The notes: generated by a model from the letters alone, not told the origin. A DNA stretch of 64,000 nucleotides from Vicugna vicugna (GCA_013265495.1 MU058844.1:3601895-3665894), one strand, 5' to 3'. Positions 13,037-26,769 are shown, counted from the stretch's first letter. Numbers and translations: made by a program.

Positions 13037-13337
13037 TGTGTCAGAGGCATTTCCAGCTTACCCTAATGTACTCCTTTTCTTTTCCCAGCCTCCCTTGTGG
13101 TTAAGGTTAGAGACATGTGAGTAGTTTTGGCTAATGAATTGTGAGCAGAAGTGCCAAGTCTGTCCTGTTTGCACAAAGATATCAAGAGATAGTTTGCTTC
13201 CTTCACTCCTTCTTTTCCCAAGTTTCAGTGGCATAGCTATGAGACGGAGGAGAGTGACATGAGACAGAAATTAACTTACTGGGTTAAGCCACTGAGATTC
13301 CAGGTTTGCTATTGTAGCAGCTAGTATTAATTAATAA
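13037..13337 (+). mobile_element. Ancient MaLR LTR (MLT1I/J-like)
   Basis: tttcccagcctcccttgtggtta...catgtgagtagttttggctaatg...gttaagccactgagatt. Confidence 0.7.
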
Positions 13338-13399
13338 GATAGGTGATACTCCCTATGTTAGAAAGTTATTGGAAAAGCTAGGGACATTATCTAGATCAA

Positions 13400-13552
13400 G
13401 AAATCACAAACCTGACTTTGAATCAAAATCAACTTGGGGAACCTTAAAAAAATTCCTATTCCTGAGACCCATTTTTGGAGGGACGACATATGAATCAATA
13501 TTTTTATCAAGCTCCCCAGATAATTCTAGATCATTCTCAAGTCTGAACTTCT
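13400..13552. mobile_element. MER5A-like hAT MITE
   Basis: gaatcaaaatcaacttgggga...tttttatcaagctccccagataattct. Confidence 0.6.
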
Positions 13553-13646
13553 GCTCCTCAACATCAAACTCTTTGATTATATTCTGGGGTGATGAGATGG
13601 AAAATTAAAAATGATCAGAGAGAACCAGTGGTTTTTAGAGCTAAAA

Positions 13647-13868
13647 CAGGGATCAGCAAACTATAGACCCCAAGGGCCAAATCTTGCCTGCAGTTTGTTT
13701 TCATAAATAAAATTTTATTGGAACACACCCACACTCATTGGTTTCCATATTGTCTATGGCTTCTCTCACTGTAAGGGCAGAGTTGAGTGGTTGCAACAGA
13801 GATGTTATGGTCTGCAAACCTTAAAATATTTAGTATCTGGCCCTTACAGAAAAGGTTTCTGGACTGCT
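13647..13868. mobile_element. MER58A-like hAT MITE
   Basis: cagggatcagcaaacta...aataaaattttattggaacac...tatctggcccttacagaaaaggttt. Confidence 0.85.
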
Positions 13869-15559
13869 TATCAACATGATTGTCTCTGTGCTTGAAAAAT
13901 GTACGAACTCTTGATTTGGTTCTGCCCATAACTGAAAGACTCAAGTTCTCAGCGTTCTTGGTAAATGTAAGAAGGGCTGGTCATGGAAACTTATTTAACT
14001 TTTGGATCAGCTGTATATTATGGTATCTCCATGCTCCATGGAAGAGTTTAAAGTCGTACAAATTCTATTACTATCTCTGTTGAACCAACAGAAACAAAGC
14101 CACAGGAAGACAATTGTTTCAACAGAGTCTATAAAGAGGTGGATAATATTTATAGGGGAAAAATTACAGTTTCCAAATATATCTGGATTCTTATACTTCT
14201 TTCTTACTACAAATGAAAACAAACAGGATTAATATTTAATGGGACCCATTTTCTTTATGTCTATCTTTCATTCATGCTCAATTTATATCAAATACTTGGT
14301 TCAATCCCCAAATTTAAAATAATCTATAATTAAATACACATGTACATATGTACATTTAAATATGCATATTTAAATACACAATTAAATATAAAATTTCAAG
14401 CTGTCTGGTCCAGGAAATTCAAATTTAAAGTGCAATTCTCAGGGGATGGCTATTTTAACCAGCTCCAAATGCAGATTTAAGCTAAAGATCTTTTCAGCTT
14501 AATGTATCATCATTGTGGCTTTCCTTTCTTTCCTGTCCATTTCCCCAGTAAAATACTACCAGTCAGAAACCTAGTGAATCACAGCAAAGAAAGTGAATAT
14601 TCTTCCTTTTTAGTGAACAAGAGGAGAATTCTGTCTTCTTGGCTAAATAATCTCTATTATTGCTCAGTGAAGAAAAGAAGTATGAGTCTTATGTTTGAAT
14701 CACAAAGAGCCTCACCTAGTTATTTTTGAGGCCCTCAGAAGGAGTTCTGAACTGCAGAGCAAATACTGAGGTTAGAGTGGAATGTAGGTGAAGAATTGCA
14801 GGAGCTTTGATGTAGTAGTTTTCTTACACATAGAAGGAAAAAGTTATGTTTGAGCTATGTTCCCTCACTATGTTAATTTAAATAACTTCTTGGAACTAGA
14901 GAAAAAAGAAAAAGCAAAGCAAAACATACAATTTCATTACACTCCCTAACAGAAATAATTGGTAACATGTGTACCTAATTTTGATTACTCACTCTTCTAT
15001 TCACTTCTCACTGGTTAATTGAGAGTGGCAGTCCCAATGAAACAACCCCTAGTAGCATGTAATGGCTAATTGTGAGCAGGTTAGAAGCCTTCTTTGTCTT
15101 TGAAAAGGTCTCTTAACTCTCCAGGACATGTCTGTTTGGTATTGAAGTCATGACTTGGAATCGGATGATTTAAATTCAAGAAAGTCCTTTAATACTGAGG
15201 TTCAAATAAATGAATTTACACCTCATGTCATGTGTTTAGTAGGTGACCAAGAGCATGTGCTCTTTACTTCCACTTAGCAGAGAATTATAATGTGTAAGGG
15301 ATTTAAATTAGGCTGCAACTAGCCTTGCTGCGAGAGGAAAAAGTAATGTGGTTAATCCAGTGGGCTAGAATAAGAAGTGGTTCATTTGGGTCATTGCAGT
15401 GACTTCTGATTGAATTCAGGTAATTTCTTCTAAAAAGAGTTCATGCTTCTCTTTCGTCTACTTCTAACTCCAAAACTCCACACCCACTCACTGATTTATG
15501 GAGTTAATGTTACCAAATTGCTGGGCTAAACAACATGTCTCTCAAAATGCTTTGACCAG

Positions 15560-17565
15560 AGGGGTCTAAGAAAATATCATGCAGCCAGGCATGCAGCTAA
15601 AATTTTGGACTTCTAATACTGGGGAAGAAGCAGAGAACAAAGTTAGAGACATCCAACAATCTCTACCAGGGTCTATCCATGCGGATACCTAAATAGCTGT
15701 GTGTATCTCCCTTTCACACTCCAAGCACATTCACCCCTGCTCTCAAGGGATTCAATTCAAAACCTCATCCAGTCATTGCAATAAACTCAAAGTTTAGGAT
15801 CTCTGGGTGACGCTTGTTCCCTTCTGTGAGGTCAGAATAGAGTTTCTTTTAGGTGCATACTCTTCTGGTCCTATCTTATCAGGAGTAGTACCCTCATAAC
15901 TGTATCACACACTCCTGTTTGGAAGAGGAGAGAAGGCAAATACTCCTCAGTCATCAGGCTGTAGCAGTTCTCAAATCCTGCTGCACCAGAGTGAAGAGGG
16001 AATAAAGATGAGTAAGTCTCCTGCTTAAGGCAGCTGGTGGCTCTTGGTTCTTGCATTCTGGCAGGAGCTCTCTTCTTCCATTATCCTCCTGGACCCCATC
16101 TGCAGCAGACCTGGGACAATCATGTTCTCTTTCTCAGCTTCCTTCCTGCTGGTGGAGGATTTGGGTTCCAGGGGTGGCTTTAGGGCTTGAATGATCACAG
16201 GCTTTGTCAAGCCAGGCTTGTGGTTTACTTATTAACCGTTGCATTTTCTGCTCATCACTGCTTACCTGCATTAGTTTGCCAGAATGAAGTACCACAGATG
16301 GGTGGTTTAAACAACAGATATTTATTTCCTCACAGTTCTGGAGGCTACAAGTCCAAGACCGAGTGTCAGCAGGGCTGATTTCTTCTGAGACCTCTCTCCT
16401 CGGTGTCTAAACGGCCATCTTCTCCCTGAGTCTTCACGTGATCTTCCCTCTGTGTGTGTCCATGTCCTAATCTCTTCTTATAAGGACACCAGTCATTGAA
16501 TGAGGGCCCATTCTAATGGCTTTATTTTAACTTAATTACCACTTCACATATCCTATCTCTAAATTTAGTCACATTCTGACATACTAAGGATTAGAACTTA
16601 AACATATGAATTTTGGGGACTGCAATCCAGCCTATAAAACCCCCCTTATGGTTATTTAGAAAATGAGCTTCATGAGATGGCAACCCCTTGACTCTGATCT
16701 TTGTTGCTAGGCTGGCTCCCACTGTCTGTCAGAAAACTCTCATATGACAGAGGCTGAAAACAGATTTATCTCCTGCTAAATCAACAATTCTCTTTTAAAA
16801 GGGTTCAGTTTGGGAACAGAAGCAGTTAGCTTTTTCCTTCTTAAAAGGCCCCCAATTTAATAGGCTTTTCCAAAAACGTAGGTTGCAAACCATAGACAGA
16901 ACTATTTTCACTCCCGTTTCTGCAACTGGTTAGTTCTAGCTGGAGTTAGTCTTGCTCAGAATTCTTTACTAAAAGGGCAAAGAACCAACATTTTGAATTT
17001 TCAGCCATGTGGCCGAAGGCTATGGGTTGGGTTGGCCGGGTATAATAAGAGGCAGTTTAATCAAATATTGAGCCATATTGGAACTTGCTTGCTCACTGCT
17101 TGGTATCATACTTTTAAAACAGTGCTAAACATGAAATCTGTTTGGCTATAACTGAGATTCAAAATAACAGTGGCTTAAATAAGATGTAGTCAGTTCAGAG
17201 TTGATTCAGCAGGGCCAGAGTACAGATACCTGGGACCCAGGCTGTTTCCAACTTTCCACTTCATCATCTACTGGGCATGGTTCTTACTGACGTGGTCCTA
17301 ACCTGTGCTCCTGCATCCACGTTCCAAGCAGCAGGATGGATAAAGGGGAAGAAGGAGCAGACCTGCTCCCTTTACAGACACATTTCATAAGTTGTACCTA
17401 CAAGTTCTGCTTCCATTGCATTGACCAGAACTTTGTCACATCACCCCCTCCTTTCTGGGAGGGAGTCTGGGAAATATGACTATATTTGGGGTTGCCAACT
17501 TTTTAAAATAGTTATCATTGGGAAAGAAGGCAGCATAGATATTGGAGGACAACTAGAGTCTCACA
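15560..17565 (-). mobile_element. MLT1J-like MaLR provirus remnant (LTR ~17115-17565, internal region, partial LTR ~15560-15668)
   Basis: Two homologous LTR termini (ggggaagaagcagagaac...caatctctacca and gggaaagaaggcagcatagatattggaggacaactagagtctcaca) flanking MaLR-internal-like sequence. Confidence 0.7.
16267..16638 (-). mobile_element. MLT1B/C-like solo LTR nested in the older MaLR internal region
   Basis: ttaaacaacagatatttatttcctcacagttctggaggctacaagtccaag...cttataaggacaccagtcattg. Confidence 0.9.
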
Positions 17566-17784
17566 ACCAGAACAGTTTGCTTCCACTTTAATCTGATTAT
17601 CTGAAAGTCTTGTGTGCTTTTTCCATAGCTCTTGCGGTTCACAGTGAAGCCACTAAGGGACAGGAAGAGCCTGAATTTGTTCTGAACTCTAAAAATCAAA
17701 CTGTATTCAGGGTTATATTAAAGTATATTTAGTGGTATTTTAATTCCAGCAAAAATTGATCTGTGATGTATGGTAATAAATAAC

Positions 17785-18030
17785 AATAATGCATATTAAC
17801 TATTAAGAACTTGCAATATACCAGGTACTATGCTAAGCATTTCATCTACATTTCCCATTTAGACTTCCAAGGACTGTGACAGTGCATCTTCGTGGCATCA
17901 TTTTTTACATGAGAAACTAAAGCGTGGAGGTGTTTAGTAACTTGCTCAAGGGCACGTAGCTTCTAAGTGGTAGAGCTGGTATTTGCTACATGTATGACTG
18001 GCTCTAAACCTGATGTATCGACCTTCTTAG
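17785..18030 (-). mobile_element. MIR SINE
   Basis: ccaggtactatgctaagc...ttttacatgagaaactaaagc...taacttgctcaagggcacgtagc. Confidence 0.75.
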
Positions 18031-18041
18031 TGTATTAAGGG

Positions 18042-18257
18042 CAGTGGTTCTGAACTGGAGGCAATTTTGCCCCCCAGGGGCTGTTTGGCAATGTCTTGGA
18101 ATATTTTTGGTTGTTACAACTGGGAGGCTACTACTGGCATCAAGTTGGTAGAGGCCAGAGATACTGCTCAACAACCCACAATGCACAGGATGACCCCACC
18201 CCCCAATAAAGAGTCATCTGGCCTAAAGTGTCCTTGGTGTCACAGTTGAGAAATCCT
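18042..18257. mobile_element. MER20 hAT-Charlie MITE
   Basis: cagtggttctgaactgg...ttttgccccccaggggctgtttggcaatgtcttgga...ctactggcatc...gttgagaaatcct. Confidence 0.9.
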
Positions 18258-19949
18258 CATTACCTAACATATTTGGTGGATGCCTTGGTCCTTCCTAAAT
18301 GAGAGCAGATGATTTATGTCCAATTAGATTGCTAACCTCTGGAAATAGGGAATTTCCATTCCTGTGTAAAGGACTACATTTTTCTTAGTCAGTAGGGATC
18401 AGTTCTTCATTTTAGAATTTAGTTGATTTACATTTGCAGGGGGGAAGATTGAGGCTTTTGAAGGTGTGGGAGCAAGGAAATTTACAGAGAGAGAATACAA
18501 AACAATATTTGGAAAGTATTTCATATCCTGTACTTCTGAAATTTTTTAATAGAAAATGAAACTTTCATCCCAATTCAAAAAGAAATAACTTCAATTATCC
18601 ATCCACTATCTTTCTTTGAAAATGACTGTGTGTGATATGTAGTTTTGGAACATGAGCTGACATTTGATGCTACAGTTAGGCTGTTTGGTTGGATGTATTT
18701 TAAATACTGTACCTGCTCTAACACCAACAAGATAACTTTCCTCTAAACAGGCATTTGCTAAACACTTAAAGTAAACAGACCTGGTCCTAGGAATCCAAGG
18801 TAGAGATGACTCTGACTTTTTTACCCATAAGGAGATTATGGTTTATTGGGGAGAAAGAGCCAGCAAACTAGTCATCCTAGTAGGAGGGATTAAAGGACAC
18901 ACCGGGGATCAGTGACAACAGAACAGGATATGGTACAGCGAGGCGTGGGAACTATGTGCTCACAGAGGAGAAAACTTCTGTCTCTGTAGGGGAGATGGAC
19001 AAGACAGCGAAGGCTTCCCAGACAAGGGGAGAATTTAGTTAATTCTTAAAGAGGATCAGGAATTGCAAGGCAAGAATAAGAGGATGGGGAGGGAATAAGG
19101 GGAGGAAAAAGTCCAGACTACCTGGTACAACTGTGTAGTTTTCTCCTGAAACTCAGCACATACTCTGAGACAGGACTGCTTCTCCCCAGAGAAGGTGGTA
19201 CCTTTCTCTTTGCATACAATTTCTGTCTATTTTCTGAATCTGGCCTCTGGGACTGCATCTGTATAGAGGGGAGGTCTGTTGAGAATTAGCATAAATGTAT
19301 CCTGACAGTAATGGTGAGGACTGACACTCATGGCATTGGATGCAGCCCTTGTAAAGCCAAGGAGGAGTGAAATGTCCTGGCATAGCTTGTATAGTAGGCA
19401 GTGAAACTTACGGAGTTGCCAAAGCGCTATCACCAGTGCTTTAGGAAGAGCCCTCCCTGGTGGACTGATGCTGCCGGAGATGAGACTGAAGTCAGGCGTT
19501 CACTGTAATGTCACTGGGGCAAGTTTAACTTAGCATAAGTGTAATCAAGACCAATGCCATAATTAGCTTCAATCCTTTGAAACTAACATAAATGGGGAGA
19601 TCACCTGCTATAAACATCTTGCTGGCAGCAGGATATGAATCATAAATAATCCAAATTTGGAGGGAACAATCATCCAAATATCTTTTTTGACACGAAGAAT
19701 CAATAAAGTGACCCATGCATCTCTAAAGGCTAGAGAACACTTCAGAATACAGTTTAATTCTTCCTTTACAAATGTTAACTTTACGAGATATCTTCAGAAT
19801 CTGGATTTCCCCCTAACTGTTTGGGGGAAATTTATCATTCACCAATTTGTGTGTGAAGTAGGAAAAAAATTAATATGATTCTGTGACATTTGTGATTTGG
19901 GAATTTTTAAAAAATTCAGAAACTAGCAGTTTCATTAACTCGCGGACTA

Positions 19950-20112
19950 TTGAAATTAGAAAAGACCTTAGAAATATCTTCCAACTTCCTGGTTTTACAA
20001 ATGAGAAATTTGAGGTCCAAAGATACGGGATTTGCCCAAGTCCACAGTTAGCTACTGGCTGATCTGGGACTCAAACTTAATTTTCTGCCTTCTTAGTCCA
20101 GAAATCTCTCCA
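19950..20112 (-). mobile_element. MIR (MIR3-like) SINE
   Basis: gaccttagaaatatc...ttttacaaatgagaaatttgaggtcca...tttgcccaagtccacag. Confidence 0.7.
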
Positions 20113-21149
20113 TCAGAAAAAAAAATTTTTTAACCTAAGGATTTTAAAAACTAGTAGTGATTTCTTATTTTAAATTCATAGCAGTTTTCTCCAGTTCTTC
20201 TGTCGAATCTGACAAGGGATATACTTCCTCTTAGTTATGTTGCTATTAAACAAGTGGTGAGGACTGATCTTTGGTTTGCTTGTGTTTTGGTTTTCTTCTA
20301 TTCTTGAAAGGTCTAAAAATTCCTGTGTAGTCTCTTGTTCTTGTTAGAAAAAGTGGGGAAACCCCTCTGTAGTCGGAGAAGAGAACCAATTGTGAATGAA
20401 AACATTCATGAGGTTAGGACAAACTCTTTTAAGTTCATGAACATGCACTTAATGATAAAATATTCTGCACTTCCTGCAGGAGAGTGAAATAAGTGGGAAG
20501 CTCAGATAATGAAATAAAGTAGCATATGAAAGTCTCTTAAATAGGTTAGACAAGATTTCCATAAGACTTCGCAAAACAGCATATGGTTAACCCATTCTTG
20601 ACTACAATATAGGAATTTTTATTTTTTGGCCCAAGAGATATTCTCTCCCAGTCAAATAGGGGGTGTTGCTGCTTCATTTGACCTGGTGTATGAAACACCA
20701 GGAATGGTTTATGAAAAACCATAAATTCTGCGTCAGAGTGGGGCTCTTTCTTCTTTTGGAGTTCTCCAGGCTAGCCCAGGCTTGCTCAGGGGGCCCTCCC
20801 CATAAGTTCTGAATTTTTGAAAGATCGAGGCTAAGTGCTGTCATTGTCCCAACAGGGCTCTTTTCTCCAACTCTTTTCTGGGTCAGCATATTCAGATTTT
20901 CCCAGATGTAGCTTGGCCTCAGTAAGACTCGATGACTCAAGTTTCTGTTACATAAACAAGAAGGTTTATACTTACTACTTCAGTTTCTGTTGCTACGGTC
21001 TTTATTCATTGCATCTTATCCATAACTTCATCCACACCACATCAAGTGTCACGTCAAAAGGTATGTTGTTTGGACGTTCAAAAATGTAGCCGGTTTTTGA
21101 AGAAAGAGTTAAACCATCTAGACAACGTTCCCTCCTTAATTTTAAGGAA

Positions 21150-21543
21150 CACACGTTGCTAGTGGTCTCACCTCCACATTCACTCTTCCTCTCTTCCTGA
21201 GCTTTTATGGACACAGGACTTCCCAGCATGAGGCTGCATGTCATAATCTCCCTTGTAACAAGTGTGGCCATGTGACTAAGTTTTGGCCAATGCGTTGTGA
21301 TCTGAAGTATGTGTGACTTACGTGCTGTGCCCCGCAGCGGTGTGTGGTGTGCTCCCTGACACGACCTTCTCAGTGCAAGGGAGCTGCCTAGAACTCAGAG
21401 GTGGAAGCCATACCTTGGAGAGAGCAAAGCCACCCTATCAGCCCTGTACTATTATGTGAGAAAGAAATGATTTCTCTCTATTTAAGTCACTGTATTTTGG
21501 GTATTTTTGTTATGTCCTCTAAGCCTCATCCTGATTAATATAC
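21150..21543 (+). mobile_element. Ancient MaLR LTR (MLT1J-like)
   Basis: tgtggccatgtgactaagttttggccaatg...tttaagtcactgtattttggg...ctgattaata. Confidence 0.75.
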
Positions 21544-22584
21544 GTTGCTGGAGTGTCTAAAATCATTGCAAACCATTTACGCCTGGATGCAGAGGAGGCT
21601 GTGCAGACATCTGTAGCAACTACAAGGAAGAATAAGCTTCCCTTCCGGAGTATGTCTCGATGGCAGAATCATTCGCAGCCCAACTGCTGAATGGGAAACG
21701 ACAAGTCCACACCTGCCTGGAAGTTCGCTCACTTCTGTCCGGTTCTGCCTTTGAGGAATTTATTACCTAAAACTAAGCCAGGCCCTGATGTTTTCTCAGG
21801 CTGTAAGGGTCTCAACTGACGATGCTATAATGACTTCAGCTTCTGAAACTGGAGGATGTTCAGAAGCACAATTTGGGGGAGAAGAAAATCAACATCTAAA
21901 GCAGTCATGGTGTGCCACTGAGCTTAGCCAATTCATAAACATTTCCCTGAGTCCCCACTAAAGCCCTGTAACATTGATATATCTATGCACTGTTTGCAGA
22001 TGATGAAACATACTGTCAAAGAATTTAAGATGCTTTTTCAAAGTTACATAGTAAGAAGAAAAGCTAAGACTTGAACTCAGGACGTCGAGTCCCAAGGTTA
22101 TGCTTTTTCTCATCGTAAGGGGTGGTCTATGGAAAGAAAGAAATCCCCTTATTAGAGACACTAAAAAATAAATTTGCTTGATACCGTAGGTACTCAGCAA
22201 AAATGTCATCTCTTTAATTTCCACTCCTGCCCTGGCTTACATGCTCTTCCACTGGTGTACCATCCTCTGCTTTATTTTCATGTAGTGGCTCACCTAGATG
22301 TGCAGAAACTGGGGGCTAACTGGGAACCTCACAGTATCATTCCTTGAATAACGCTGACTCTAGACAGAACTCTACCAAAATGATGACTGGTTTTTAAAGC
22401 CCTTCACAGCCTCTAGCAGAGCGATTCAATTCTTTCCCAACCTTCTCTGGATAGAAATTCTCCCTTTTATATGCCTCAAATCCTTTATGCTGTAATTTGG
22501 ATACCATGAACATTTTACTGAGTAAGGAAGATGAGCAGAAATACTTATTATTCTTCATTTGAGTCCTCTCTGTGTTAGAAATTT

Positions 22585-22923
22585 ATTGTTTCTTTGGTTT
22601 ATTTTTAATTTATTTTTTAAATTGAAGTATAGTTGGCTTACAATACTGTGTTAATTTATGGTGTACAGCATAGTGATTCAGTTATACATATAAATATATA
22701 TTCCTATTTATATTCTTTTTCATTATAGGCTGTTACAAGATGTTGAATATAGTTCCCCAAGACCCAAGTAGGACCTTGCTGTTTATCTGTTTTATATATA
22801 GTAGTTAGTATTTGCAAATCCTGAACTCCCAATTTATCCCTCCACCTGCCTCCTTTCCCCCTGGTAACCACAAGTTTGTTATCTATGTCTGTGAGTCTGT
22901 TTCTATTTTGTAAACAAGTTCAT
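22585..22923 (-). mobile_element. Young L1 3' end, antisense, with 10-bp TSD
   Basis: ttttttaaattgaagtatagttgg...ggtgtacagcatagtgattcagttata; ttagaaattt at 22575-22584 and 22924-22933. Confidence 0.9.
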
Positions 22924-23381
22924 TTAGAAATTTGTCACATTACTCTTTTATTTCCTCCTTTGGAATAATAATCCAAGTTCCCTTAACTGTCCTCCTCTGC
23001 TTCATCTTAGATCTTTGTGGGTTTCTTTGGATATAACCCTTCAAGTTTCACATTTTTTATCTGTGGAACCCCAGACTGGGACAGTAGCCATTGATACCGT
23101 TACTTTCTCAGTACACAGCCCTGCACTAAGTGTCATCGTAGTGCGACATCTTATTTAACCTCCACCACCATTACATGTGCAAAGTACTATTGTTAGCTCT
23201 TCTACAATGGAGGAAACAAGCGCTTAGAGAGATTAAGTACTGTCTGTGCTTAAATACGAGAGGAGATCATTTCAAAACCTACCGCTCAGGAAGGAGGGGA
23301 TCAGTCTTCACAGTCTCTCAAGTTATACGGCTCTTCTTCAACTTTAAAGCCTGAGATGACTTCAGAAGATTCTGGTCTCTG

Positions 23382-23870
23382 TAGCTCATAGAAGTCACCT
23401 GCAGAATCCCTAATAAAGGAGACAAAGAAATTCAACAGAGATTTATTCATTGTTTTTGTGATGGGTGGGTATAGAGTGGTGACCTCACAATTGCAAGGGT
23501 TGGATGTCATCACAAATAGCCTTTAAAGAGAGGCCTTCCAAAGCAAGATGCCAGTTATTATATTATGTTAAGTGAACACAACAACACAAATATTCACCGG
23601 CAGGAGGAATGAACATAGCAAAGTATCGATGTTATGTGAATGGGTAATTGTGGTTTGGGATACAATTTCTGATGACAACATCAAACAACCTAACCGGAAG
23701 CGAAGATGATCTGTCATGAAGACCATGTCAGGTGGCACCAATGCCAACACTGTGTATGAAGAATTTGAAGAAAACTGTTTCTTGAAATGTGAGAGTGAAA
23801 AAGAAGTTCTAAATTGAGGTTTCTATGGTTTTATATTTACATGACTAAATTAATAAATTTAGTATTAAAA
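23382..23870 (+). mobile_element. Fossil Tc1/mariner (pogo/Tc2, Kanga-like) DDE transposase C-terminal fragment, frameshifted
   Basis: Hand translation across frameshifts: AHRSHL/ESLIKETKKFNRDL, VTSQLQGLDVITN (23479-23517), YSPAGGM (23591-23611), MLCEWVIVVWDTISDDNI (23629-23682), GSEDD (23696-23710); matches the motif order of pogo/Tc2 DDE_1 transposases. Confidence 0.8.
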
Positions 23871-26769
23871 AGTAGATGTTTGATTAGTTCCTCTATATTC
23901 TGAAAAGTTTCTACAATTCCAGTTGGTAGGAAAAGTTTTCAACCTTTTCCTTGGAAAAATGGAGGAATTCCTAACATTCAGGAACGTACAATAACTTATC
24001 CAAGTTCATGTAATGCAATAGCTGGGATTTGTACCTAGATCTGCCTGATTCATGGGCTCACCATGAGTACATGGCACAATGAATCCCTAGAATCCTGGAC
24101 CTGAGGACTGCTGTCTGTATTTGTGCTGCTGGATTTTCTTAAGTGTGTTTTAGCAAAGCTGGTGGATGGAATATATTAAATTGTAAGAAGTTAAATACCC
24201 CATAGGTATGTTTACTATGTACAGTAGAATGAGGAGGGTTCCAACATGTTCTCAGTAATGAATGCTAAGATATTACTCCTTCTTGTCCTTCTGTTTAGTA
24301 GCTCATTTTTATGTTTAAAAGGTAAAGTGTTTTTTTTCTCCAGAATATTTTTTTTGTTCATAGCCTCAGTCCACAGAAGGGATGGTGGACCTGCACTAGG
24401 AAATTCCACTTTCAGGAGTATTTCTGACCCATCATGATGTAAACATTACATAGAGTCTTAGATCATATAACATCTCTGCCCTGTCTCTCCATTTGGGGAG
24501 GGACATTGATGCTTTATACTCACCTATCTCTGTGCAACCCCCAACCCCCCTAAAAAAAACTGGGAAGATATTTGAAACCAATCTTACGCAATATCCCTCT
24601 TGCCTTAGGATGAGTAATTACACACGATGGAAAACACATGAAAGTATCTAGTAAGGCTATTCTCTTCTTCCTCTCCCATCCACATACCACTGCCATCCAC
24701 TCCCATATCTTTTGTTAAAAGCGAAAAGCAACTGATATAAATTATGATACAACTTGGTCTAATGTACCAAATATTTTATTCTATTTATTGCCACAGGCTA
24801 CTGAGGCTTGCCTTTATTCCTTTCTATAGGAAACTAACTTCCTTTTCCCCTTGGTTGAACTCTACATGAAGGAAGCCAATTTATTAGGTCAGTGGCAGTT
24901 ACTTGGATGTTCAAACATATGGGACACAAAGTGTTTCATTCTGTTTTAAATCAGTTCCTCCTGATGGGCTCCATTCTTTCTGCCATTTATGCCACAGGTG
25001 AAGTAATGAAGATGCTTATTGTGGCTTCCTGTTAATATTCTAAGGCCCAAGGCTGTGAACAGCAGGGTGTCTGCTCTCCAGCTGTTTTTCCAACAGGAAG
25101 AAGGGATAAAATAAACAAAGCATACACAGTAGTCCATTGAAACCACAGGTAATCCACAGCTGCACTAAAAACAATTCAGGGTTACCAAACCACCATCATT
25201 GATCCCCATCAGCAAAAGCAGCCTCAAAATACTTTGAGGATAGTTGGTAGTTTCTTTCAAGTCCTTCATATCCAGAGGCAGCTAACTTGTAAAGCCAGAT
25301 GTGGACCAATGAGGAATAACTCTCCTGCTGGTCTAATGATTTTTAAGTGGAATCCTGTGGGATGGAATGAGGGCAACCATGGTTATAAACATGCACAAAT
25401 TGCTACCATATACCAGTTTGGTCTTAAATTTGAATTTAAAATTTATCTAAATTGACAAACACTTTAAAGTAGGAATCTATGTAACATTCTTGCTAATGCC
25501 TTAGTGCTTAATATTAGCAAACAATATTTCCCCAGACCCTTAACCGTAATCCAGCTGATAGAATTATGCAGAATTCTTATTATAGACTTATCTTTTTTAG
25601 TGATATAGAAAATGTGGATAATATGCAAGCTTCATGTGAAATGTTTCTTGAAAAAGGGCCTAGAGGCTGATTCCTAAGCTAATTCTGTGTAGACATGTAA
25701 GTTTGGAGTCTGAAACTAGTTTCTTTCTTTGATATGATCTTGATAATTTGAAACCTAAGGCAATAGGTACCACATAATGCCAAAATGCATTGCTAATTCA
25801 TGGCCAAGAACCTGGCTATTATTTTCAGTGTTCATGACGATGCATCGACAAGGGAAGATCAGCTTACCTCTTCATCATTTATAAGAGATAAATCCTAAAC
25901 TTTTGAAATCCTGCCAATGAATTAAAGATTCTACTTTTTGACAAGGTGTACATTTATTCATCTAAATGAAAGCAACACTCAGTACAGGGCCAAGTATAAT
26001 TCAGAATGAAATTGAAATTGGATTAAACAAGCCATGCAAAGTCACAGGCTTGAATGGCCATAGACACTGTTATGGTACCGAAATGGATTTACCAAGCCAG
26101 TCACGCTTACCTGCCTGATGGTGACTATAGAAACACTCATGCACTATTTCATTAGAGTTGCTTATTATGCTCAGAACTTATTTCCAACCTTATGGTATTA
26201 TTTTTCTTGTTATTTTATTTTCCAATAGCCCCCATTGACTAGGGAAAAATCAGTCTCTGAGTAACACTGTCTGAGAAGTTTAATGGATACTTCAGTTTGA
26301 CTTACAGATAAATGTATGCTTCAAAACTTGCATTTGTACATCATGGACTTAAATTTAGTAAATATTTTGAGAAATTATTTTTTGCCAGTCATAATCAAGA
26401 CTTCCTATAGCAATCTGAATTTATTAAGAAATCCAACAACATGCTCCTTAGGTTAAGAAATTGATGACTGGATTAAAGCTAACCATATCATCCCTGCTAA
26501 CAATATGATATAGCAGAAAAAAACACTGAGCTTGAAGTTGGCAGGCACAGGAATGAATACTCTCTTGACCTTTTCATGCATTGGCAACAAATATTGATCA
26601 GGAGTCTGGTATATAAGAGGTTATTGATCACTGACTCTACCCAACAGCATATGAGATAAGGATTACGATTCAATTCCTACTTTCAGGGAGCATACAGACT
26701 TGCTAAGAATATAGACCGGAAAACTAAGTATTGCTCCACATCGGGATGAGTGTGGAAGAGAACGGCCTA

